Source: Eledone cirrhosa
Lineage: Eukaryota
Direction of reading: 5' to 3'
Assembly: GCA_964016885.1 (NCBI GenBank)
Contig: OZ024740.1
Coordinates: 193,936,001 to 194,000,000, forward strand
Length of the DNA stretch: 64,000 nt
Shown here: positions 53,701 through 64,000 of the stretch, in pieces
Numbering within the stretch: the first letter of the stretch is position 1
How the letters are laid out: each line of letters opens with the position of its first letter
The notes under the pieces: model-generated
What the model saw: only the letters and a program-made list of their open reading frames with translations
Told to the model about the DNA's origin: nothing
Databases searched by the model: none
Translations under genes and position numbers: made by a program

Positions 53701-56700
53701 AATACCCCCTCCGCCTCCGTGGTATTTTCTTCGGGGTTATAAGAGGCTTAGCTCTGTTTCTCGACCGTTATATCGCGTGACTATCTCCCCCTCCGCCTTT
53801 TGGGATTCTTTCTCACGTCGTGTAGACGCGTTCTTGAGACTAGTAAAATGAGGTATCCTCTTGATAAGTCGGCAGACCTCGCAAGGACTCTATGTCTTTA
53901 TGATATATTGTTTTTGTTTATGCCACGAAACTACGTCGTCGAGGAATTTAGGAGCAGTTTAGGTATGATACATTTTATTACTAATTATATCTAAATGTTT
54001 CTTCTCTCTTCATAATGTATTTTTAACTCTGATACTGGTTCAGTCTAGTTCAACTGAATTGGTCTGTCCCAGTCATTCATTGAGCAACATCGGTGAAGTT
54101 GGCACCCTTAACTCACAGTTGGGTGCGGATGCATTCATGTATATATGTGTGTGTCCGCATGTATCTGTGTGTTTCTAAATATATTGTTAATAACTCCCTC
54201 TGGTCGAGCAATCTTTGAAGTGTGGGGACAGCTGGAAAGCTTCCATTACTCATACTTCTCGCCTTCTTCACCACCTCTTCTACGGCCTCGATATAAATAC
54301 CCCCTCCGCCTCCGTGGTATTTTCTTCGGGGTTATAAGAGGCTTAGCTCTGTTTCTCGACCGTTATATCGCGTGATTATCTCCCCCTCCGCCTTTTGGGA
54401 TTCTTTCTCACGTTGTGTAGACGCGTTCTTGAGACTAGTAAAATGAGGTATCCTCTTGATAAGTCGGCAGACCTCGCAAGGACTCTATGTCTTTATGATA
54501 TATTGTTTTTGTTTATGCCACGAAACTACGTAGTCGAGGAATTTAGGAGCAGTTTAGGTATGATACATTTTATTACTAATTATATCTAAATGTTTCTTCT
54601 CTCTTCATAATGTATTTTTAACTCTGATACTGGTTCAGTCTAGTTCAACTGAATTGGTCTGTCCCAGTCATTCATTGAGCAACATCGGTGAAGTTGGCAC
54701 CCTTAACTCACAGTTGGGTGCGGATGCATTCATGTATATATGTGTGTGTCCGCATGTATCTGTGTGTTTCTAAATATATTGTTAATAACTCCCTCTGGTC
54801 GAGCAATCTTTGAAGTGTGGGGACAGCTGGAAAGCTTCCATTACTCATACTTCTCGCCTTCTTCACCACCTCTTCTACGGCCTCGATATAAATACCCCCT
54901 CCGCCTCCGTGGTATTTTCTTCGGGGTTATAAGAGGCTTAGCTCTGTTTCTCGACCGTTATATCGCGTGACTATCTCCCCCTCCGCCTTTTGGGATTCTT
55001 TCTCACGTCGTGTAGACGCGTTCTTGAGACTAGTAAAATGAGGTATCCTCTTGATAAGTCGGCAGACCTCGCAAGGACTCTATGTCTTTATGATATATTG
55101 TTTTTGTTTATGCCACGAAACTACGTAGTCGAGGAATTTAGGAGCAGTTTAGGTATGATACATTTTATTACTAATTATATCTAAATGTTTCTTCTCTCTT
55201 CATAATGTATTTTTAACTCTGATACTGGTTCAGTCTAGTTCAACTGAATTGGTCTGTCCCAGTCATTCATTGAGCAACATCTTTGAAGTTGGCACCCTTA
55301 ACTCACAGTTGGGTGCGGATGCATTCATGTATATATGTGTGTGTCCGCATGTATCTGTGTGTTTCTAAATATATTGTTAACAACTCCCTCTGGTCGAGCA
55401 ATCTTTGAAGTGTGGGGACAGCTGGAAAGCTTCCATTACTCATACTTCTCGCCTTCTTCACCACCTCTTCTACGGCCTCGATATAAATACCCCCTCCGCC
55501 TCCGTGGTATTTTCTTCGGGGTTATAAGAGGCTTAGCTCTGTTTCTCGACCGTTATATCGCGTGACTATCTCCCCCTCCGCCTTTTGGGATTCTTTCTCA
55601 CGTCGTGTAGACGCGTTCTTGAGACTAGTAAAATGAGGTATCCTCTTGATAAGTCGACAGACCTCGCAAGGACTCTATGTCTTTATGATATATTGTTTTT
55701 GTTTATGCCACGAAACTACGTAGTCGAGGAATTTAGGAGCAGTTTAGGTATGATACATTTTATTACTAATTATATCTAAATGTTTCTTCTCTCTTCATAA
55801 TGTATTTTTAACTCTGATACTGGTTCAGTCTAGTTCAACTGAATTGGTCTGTCCCAGTCATTCATTGAGCAACATCGGTGAAGTTGGCACCCTTAACTCA
55901 CAGTTGGGTGCGGATGCATTCATGTATATATGTGTGTGTCCGCATGTATCTGTGTGTTTCTAAATATATTGTTAATAACTCCCTCTGGTCGAGCAATCTT
56001 TGAAGTGTGGGGACAGCTGGAAAGCTTCCATTACTCATACTTCTCGCCTTCTTCACCACCTCTTCTACGGCCTCGATATAAATACCCCCTCCGCCTCCGT
56101 GGTATTTTCTTCGGAGTTATAAGAGGCTTAGCTCTGTTTCTCGACCGTTATATCGCGTGACTATCTCCCCCTCCGCCTTTTGGGATTCTTTCTCACGTCG
56201 TGTAGACGCGTTCTTGAGACTAGTAAAATGAGGTATCCTCTTGATAAGTCGGCAGACCTCGCAAGGACTCTATGTCTTTATGATATATTGTTTTTGTTTA
56301 TGCCACGAAACTACGTAGTCGAGGAATTTAGGAGCAGTTTAGGTATGATACATTTTATTACTAATTATATCTAAATGTTTCTTCTCTCTTCATAATGTAT
56401 TTTTAACTCTGATACTGGTTCAGTCTAGTTCAACTGAATTGGTCTGTCCCAGTCATTCATTGAGCAACATCTTTGAAGTTGGCACCCTTAACTCACAGTT
56501 GGGTGCGGATGCATTCATGTATATATGTGTGTGTCCGCATGTATCTGTGTGTTTCTAAATATATTGTTAATAACTCCCTCTGGTCGAGCAATCTTTGAAG
56601 TGTGGGGACAGCTGGAAAGCTTCCATTACTCATACTTCTCGCCTTCTTCACCACCTCTTCTACGGCCTCGATATAAATACCCCCTCCGCCTCCGTGGTAT

Positions 56701-59700
56701 TTTCTTCGGGGTTATAAGAGGCTTAGCTCTGTTTCTCGACCGTTATATCGCGTGACTATCTCCCCCTCCGCCTTTTGGGATTCTTTCTCACGTCGTGTAG
56801 ACGCGTTCTTGAGACTAGTAAAATGAGGTATCCTCTTGATAAGTCGGCAGACCTCGCAAGGACTCTATGTCTTTATGATATATTGTTTCTGTTTATGCCA
56901 CGAAACTACGTAGTCGAGGAATTTAGGAGCAGTTTAGGTATGATACATTTTATTACTAATTATATCTAAATGTTTCTTCTCTCTTCATAATGTATTTTTA
57001 ACTCTGATACTGGTTCAGTCTAGTTCAACTGAATTGGTCTGTCCCAGTCATTCATTGAGCAACATCGGTCAAGTTGGTACCCTTAACTCACAGTTGGGTG
57101 CGGATGCATTCATGTATATATGTGTGTGCCCGCATGTATCTGTGTGTTTCTAAATATATTGTTAATAACTCCCTCTGGTCGAGCAATCTTTGAAGTGTGG
57201 GGACAGCTGGAAAGCTTCCATTACTCATACTTCTCGCCTTCTTCACCACCTCTTCTACGGCCTCGATATAAATACCCCCTCCGCCTCCGTGGTATTTTCT
57301 TCGGGGTTATAAGAGGCTTAGCTCTGTTTCTCGACCGTTATATCGCGTGACTATCTCCCCCTCCGCCTTTTGGGATTCTTTCTCACGTCGTGTAGACGCG
57401 TTCTTGAGACTAGTAAAATGAGGTATCCTCTTGATAAGTCGGCAGACCTCGCAAGGACTCTATGTCTTTATGATATATTGTTTTTGTTTATGCCACGAAA
57501 CTACGTCGTCGAGGAATTTAGGAGCAGTTTAGGTATGATACATTTTATTACTAATTATATCTAAATGTTTCTTCTCTCTTCATAATGTATTTTTAACTCT
57601 GATACTGGTTCAGTCTAGTTCAACTGAATTGGTCTGTCCCAGTCATTCATTGAGCAACATCGGTGAAGTTGGCACCCTTAACTCACAGTTGGGTGCGGAT
57701 GCATTCATGTATATATGTGTGTGTCCGCATGTATCTGTGTGTTTCTAAATATATTGTTAATAACTCCCTCTGGTCGAGCAATCTTTGAAGTGTGGGGACA
57801 GCTGGAAAGCTTCCATTACTCATACTTCTCGCCTTCTTCACCACCTCTTCTACGGCCTCGATATAAATACCCCCTCCGCCTCCGTGGTATTTTCTTCGGG
57901 GTTATAAGAGGCTTAGCTCTGTTTCTCGACCGTTATATCGCGTGATTATCTCCCCCTCCGCCTTTTGGGATTCTTTCTCACGTTGTGTAGACGCGTTCTT
58001 GAGACTAGTAAAATGAGGTATCCTCTTGATAAGTCGGCAGACCTCGCAAGGACTCTATGTCTTTATGATATATTGTTTTTGTTTATGCCACGAAACTACG
58101 TAGTCGAGGAATTTAGGAGCAGTTTAGGTATGATACATTTTATTACTAATTATATCTAAATGTTTCTTCTCTCTTCATAATGTATTTTTAACTCTGATAC
58201 TGGTTCAGTCTAGTTCAACTGAATTGGTCTGTCCCAGTCATTCATTGAGCAACATCGGTGAAGTTGGCACCCTTAACTCACAGTTGGGTGCGGATGCATT
58301 CATGTATATATGTGTGTGTCCGCATGTATCTGTGTGTTTCTAAATATATTGTTAATAACTCCCTCTGGTCGAGCAATCTTTGAAGTGTGGGGACAGCTGG
58401 AAAGCTTCCATTACTCATACTTCTCGCCTTCTTCACCACCTCTTCTACGGCCTCGATATAAATACCCCCTCCGCCTCCGTGGTATTTTCTTCGGGGTTAT
58501 AAGAGGCTTAGCTCTGTTTCTCGACCGTTATATCGCGTGACTATCTCCCCCTCCGCCTTTTCGGATTCTTTCTCACGTCGTGTAGACGCGTTCTTGAGAC
58601 TAGTAAAATGAGGTATCCTCTTGATAAGTCGGCAGACCTCGCAAGGACTCTATGTCTTTATGATATATTGTTTTTGTTTATGCCACGAAACTACGTAGTC
58701 GAGGAATTTAGGAGCAGTTTAGGTATGATACATTTTATTACTAATTATATCTAAATGTTTCTTCTCTCTTCATAATGTATTTTTAACTCTGATACTGGTT
58801 CAGTCTAGTTCAACTGAATTGGTCTGTCCCAGTCATTCATTGAGCAACATCTTTGAAGTTGGCACCCTTAACTCACAGTTGGGTGCGGATGCATTCATGT
58901 ATATATGTGTGTGTCCGCATGTATCTGTGTGTTTCTAAATATATTGTTAACAACTCCCTCTGGTCGAGCAATCTTTGAAGTGTGGGGACAGCTGGAAAGC
59001 TTCCATTACTCATACTTCTCGCCTTCTTCACCACCTCTTCTACGGCCTCGATATAAATACCCCCTCCGCCTCCGTGGTATTTTCTTCGGGGTTATAAGAG
59101 GCTTAGCTCTGTTTCTCGACCGTTATATCGCGTGACTATCTCCCCCTCCGCCTTTTGGGATTCTTTCTCACGTCGTGTAGACGCGTTCTTGAGACTAGTA
59201 AAATGAGGTATCCTCTTGATAAGTCGACAGACCTCGCAAGGACTCTATGTCTTTATGATATATTGTTTTTGTTTATGCCACGAAACTACGTAGTCGAGGA
59301 ATTTAGGAGCAGTTTAGGTATGATACATTTTATTACTAATTATATCTAAATGTTTCTTCTCTCTTCATAATGTATTTTTAACTCTGATACTGGTTCAGTC
59401 TAGTTCAACTGAATTGGTCTGTCCCAGTCATTCATTGAGCAACATCGGTGAAGTTGGCACCCTTAACTCACAGTTGGGTGCGGATGCATTCATGTATATA
59501 TGTGTGTGTCCGCATGTATCTGTGTGTTTCTAAATATATTGTTAATAACTCCCTCTGGTCGAGCAATCTTTGAAGTGTGGGGACAGCTGGAAAGCTTCCA
59601 TTACTCATACTTCTCGCCTTCTTCACCACCTCTTCTACGGCCTCGATATAAATACCCCCTCCGCCTCCGTGGTATTTTCTTCGGAGTTATAAGAGGCTTA

Positions 59701-62700
59701 GCTCTGTTTCTCGACCGTTATATCGCGTGACTATCTCCCCCTCCGCCTTTTGGGATTCTTTCTCACGTCGTGTAGACGCGTTCTTGAGACTAGTAAAATG
59801 AGGTATCCTCTTGATAAGTCGGCAGACCTCGCAAGGACTCTATGTCTTTATGATATATTGTTTTTGTTTATGCCACGAAACTACGTAGTCGAGGAATTTA
59901 GGAGCAGTTTAGGTATGATACATTTTATTACTAATTATATCTAAATGTTTCTTCTCTCTTCATAATGTATTTTTAACTCTGATACTGGTTCAGTCTAGTT
60001 CAACTGAATTGGTCTGTCCCAGTCATTCATTGAGCAACATCTTTGAAGTTGGCACCCTTAACTCACAGTTGGGTGCGGATGCATTCATGTATATATGTGT
60101 GTGTCCGCATGTATCTGTGTGTTTCTAAATATATTGTTAATAACTCCCTCTGGTCGAGCAATCTTTGAAGTGTGGGGACAGCTGGAAAGCTTCCATTACT
60201 CATACTTCTCGCCTTCTTCACCACCTCTTCTACGGCCTCGATATAAATACCCCCTCCGCCTCCGTGGTATTTTCTTCGGGGTTATAAGAGGCTTAGCTCT
60301 GTTTCTCGACCGTTATATCGCGTGACTATCTCCCCCTCCGCCTTTTGGGATTCTTTCTCACGTCGTGTAGACGCGTTCTTGAGACTAGTAAAATGAGGTA
60401 TCCTCTTGATAAGTCGGCAGACCTCGCAAGGACTCTATGTCTTTATGATATATTGTTTCTGTTTATGCCACGAAACTACGTAGTCGAGGAATTTAGGAGC
60501 AGTTTAGGTATGATACATTTTATTACTAATTATATCTAAATGTTTCTTCTCTCTTCATAATGTATTTTTAACTCTGATACTGGTTCAGTCTAGTTCAACT
60601 GAATTGGTCTGTCCCAGTCATTCATTGAGCAACATCGGTGAAGTTGGTACCCTTAACTCACAGTTGGGTGCGGATGCATTCATGTATATATGTGTGTGCC
60701 CGCATGTATCTGTGTGTTTCTAAATATATTGTTAATAACTCCCTCTGGTCGAGCAATCTTTGAAGTGTGGGGACAGCTGGAAAGCTTCCATTACTCATAC
60801 TTCTCGCCTTCTTCACCACCTCTTCTACGGCCTCGATATAAATACCCCCTCCGCCTCCGTGGTATTTTCTTCGGGGTTATAAGAGGCTTAGCTCTGTTTC
60901 TCGACCGTTATATCGCGTGACTATCTCCCCCTCCGCCTTTTGGGATTCTTTCTCACGTCGTGTAGACGCGTTCTTGAGACTAGTAAAATGAGGTATCCTC
61001 TTGATAAGTCGGCAGACATCGAAAGGACTCTATGTCTTTATGATATATTGTTTTTGTTTATGCCACGAAACTACGTAGTCGAGGAATTTAGGAGCAGTTT
61101 AGGTATGATACATTTTATTACTAATTATATCTAAATGTTTCTTCTCTCTTCATAATGTATTTTTAACTCTGATACTGGTTCAGTCTAGTTCAACTGAATT
61201 GGTCTGTCCCAGTCATTCATTGAGCAACATCGGTGAAGTTGGCACCCTTAACTCACAGTTGGGTGCGGATGCATTCATGGATATATGTGTGTGTCCGCAT
61301 GTATCTGTGTGTTTCTAAATATATTGTTAATAACTCCCTCTGGTCGAGCAATCTTTGAAGTGTGGGGACAGCTGGAAAGCTTCCATTACTCATACTTCTC
61401 GCCTTCTTCACCACCTCTTCTACGGCCTCGATATAAATACCCCCTCCGCCTCCGTGGTATTTTCTTCGGGGTTATAAGAGGCTTAGCTCTGTTTCTCGAC
61501 CGTTATATCGCGTGACTATCTCCCCCTCCGCCTTTTGGGATTCTTTCTCACGTCGTGTAGACGCGTTCTTGTGACTAGTAAAATGAGGTATCCTCTTGAT
61601 AAGTCGGCAGACCTCGAAAGGACTCTATGTCTTTATGATATATTGTTTTTGTTTATGCCACGAAACTACGTAGTCGAGGAATTTAGGAGCAGTTTAGGTA
61701 TGATACATTTTATTACTAATTATATCTAAATGTTTCTTCTCTCTTCATAATGTATTTTTAACTCTGATACTGGTTCAGTCTAGTTCAACTGAATTGGTCT
61801 GTCCCAGTCATTCATTGAACTACATCTTTGAAGTTGGCACCCTTAACTCACAGTTGGGTGCGGATGCATTCATGTATATATGTGTGTGTCCGCATGTATC
61901 TGTGTGTTTCTAAATATATTGTTAATAACTCCCTCTGGTCGAGCAATCTTTGAAGTGTGGGGACAGCTGGAAAGCTTCCATTACTCATACTTCTCGCCTT
62001 CTTCACCACCTCTTCTACGGCCTCGATATAAATACCCCCTCCGCCTCCGTGGTATTTTCTTCGGGGTTATAAGAGGCTTAGCTCTGTTTCTCGACCGTTA
62101 TATCGCGTGACTATCTCCCCCTCCGCCTTTTGGGATTCTTTCTCACGTCGTGTAGACGCGTTCTTGTGACTAGTAAAATGAGGTATCCTCTTGATAAGTC
62201 GGCAGACCTCGAAAGGACTCTATGTCTTTATGATATATTGTTTCTGTTTATGCCACGAAACTACGTAGTCGAGGAATTTAGGAGCAGTTTAGGTATGATA
62301 CATTTTATTACTAATTATATCTAAATGTTTCTTCTCTCTTCATAATGTATTTTTAACTCTGATACTGGTTCAGTCTAGTTCAACTGAATTGGTCTGTCCC
62401 AGTCATTCATTGAGCAACATCGGTGAAGTTGGTACCCTTAACTCACAGTTGGGTGCGGATGCATTCATGTATATATGTGTGTGCCCGCATGTATCTGTGT
62501 GTTTCTAAATATATTGTTAATAACTCCCTCTGGTCGAGCAATCTTTGAAGTGTGGGGACAGCTGGAAAGCTTCCATTACTCATACTTCTCGCCTTCTTCA
62601 CCACCTCTTCTACGGCCTCGATATAAATACCCCCTCCGCCTCCGTGGTATTTTCTTCGGGGTTATAAGAGGCTTAGCTCTGTTTCTCGACCGTTATATCG

Positions 62701-64000
62701 CGTGACTATCTCCCCCTCCGCCTTTTGGGATTCTTTCTCACGTCGTGTAGACGCGTTCTTGAGACTAGTAAAATGAGGTATCCTCTTGATAAGTCGGCAG
62801 ACATCGAAAGGACTCTATGTCTTTATGATATATTGTTTTTGTTTATGCCACGAAACTACGTAGTCGAGGAATTTAGGAGCAGTTTAGGTATGATACATTT
62901 TATTACTAATTATATCTAAATGTTTCTTCTCTCTTCATAATGTATTTTTAACTCTGATACTGGTTCAGTCTAGTTCAACTGAATTGGTCTGTCCCAGTCA
63001 TTCATTGAGCAACATCGGTGAAGTTGGCACCCTTAACTCACAGTTGGGTGCGGATGCATTCATGGATATATGTGTGTGTCCGCATGTATCTGTGTGTTTC
63101 TAAATATATTGTTAATAACTCCCTCTGGTCGAGCAATCTTTGAAGTGTGGGGACAGCTGGAAAGCTTCCATTACTCATACTTCTCGCCTTCTTCACCACC
63201 TCTTCTACGGCCTCGATATAAATACCCCCTCCGCCTCCGTGGTATTTTCTTCGGGGTTATAAGAGGCTTAGCTCTGTTTCTCGACCGTTATATCGCGTGA
63301 CTATCTCCCCCTCCGCCTTTTGGGATTCTTTCTCACGTCGTGTAGACGCGTTCTTGTGACTAGTAAAATGAGGTATCCTCTTGATAAGTCGGCAGACCTC
63401 GAAAGGACTCTATGTCTTTATGATATATTGTTTTTGTTTATGCCACGAAACTACGTAGTCGAGGAATTTAGGAGCAGTTTAGGTATGATACATTTTATTA
63501 CTAATTATATCTAAATGTTTCTTCTCTCTTCATAATGTATTTTTAACTCTGATACTGGTTCAGTCTAGTTCAACTGAATTGGTCTGTCCCAGTCATTCAT
63601 TGAACTACATCTTTGAAGTTGGCACCCTTAACTCACAGTTGGGTGCGGATGCATTCATGTATATATGTGTGTGTCCGCATGTATCTGTGTGTTTCTAAAT
63701 ATATTGTTAATAACTCCCTCTGGTCGAGCAATCTTTGAAGTGTGGGGACAGCTGGAAAGCTTCCATTACTCATACTTCTCGCCTTCTTCACCACCTCTTC
63801 TACGGCCTCGATATAAATACCCCCTCCGCCTCCGTGGTATTTTCTTCGGGGTTATAAGAGGCTTAGCTCTGTTTCTCGACCGTTATATCGCGTGACTATC
63901 TCCCCCTCCGCCTTTTGGGATTCTTTCTCATGTCGTGTAGACGCGTTCTTGAGACTAGTAAAATGAGGTATCCTCTTGATAAGTCGGCAGACCTCGCAAG
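47705..64000 (+). repeat. 595-bp tandem array, forward block (~27.4 units, continues past the window), one HHR per unit
   Basis: Exact 595-bp period from 47850 to 63320 in the ORF track; units differ by a few substitutions and no net indel. Confidence 0.97.
47906..47995 (+). ncRNA. Type I hammerhead ribozyme, U3-A8 core variant (first forward copy; repeats every 595 bp to 63376-63465)
   Basis: TCCTC TTGATAA GT-c-GGCA...TGCC-AC GAAA CTACGTAG TC GAGGA. Stem I TCCTC/GAGGA, palindromic stem III, GUC with predicted cleavage after 47990. Confidence 0.8.

Noticed and set aside
47850-63895. Repeated 64-aa and 76-aa ORFs in the 595-bp unit as a tandem gene cluster
   Set aside because: Non-ATG starts (TTG/GTG), no recognisable domain, one copy has an internal stop and one lacks the start; the 64-aa frame simply overlaps the ribozyme.
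45005-64000. CRISPR array or 5S/tRNA/snRNA gene cluster
   Set aside because: Whole units are repeated with no unique spacers, and I recognised no 5S, tRNA cloverleaf or U-snRNA sequence; an Rfam scan would settle the latter.

Overview
AT-rich eukaryotic repeat DNA, probably a coleoid cephalopod such as Octopus (inferred from the tRNA-derived SINE and the repeat landscape). I found no convincing host gene; almost all short ORFs in the track are microsatellite or tandem-repeat artefacts. Bases 1-45,000 are a patchwork of (TA)n/(CA)n/(TACA)n microsatellites carrying Penelope-like element (PLE) remnants, a near full-length R4/Dong-type non-LTR retrotransposon stacked with relatives in (TACA)n, a non-autonomous Helitron, SINEs and several foldback hairpins. 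The main signal is an unusual density of type I hammerhead ribozyme (HHR) motifs, read by eye. They occur in PLE pseudo-LTRs, inside most foldback hairpins, in every unit of 430-530-bp retrozyme-like tandem arrays (9.2-10.7 kb, 26.2-28.6 kb), and in every unit of a homogeneous 595-bp tandem array filling ~45,005 to the window end. The 595-bp unit carries a variant core, UUGAUAA instead of CUGANGA (compensatory U3-A8), with a palindromic stem III and a GUC cleavage site. The array switches orientation inside a ribozyme core at ~47,706 and shows 4-, 6- and 3-mer higher-order repeats. All RNA folds are manual; no activity or database search was possible.
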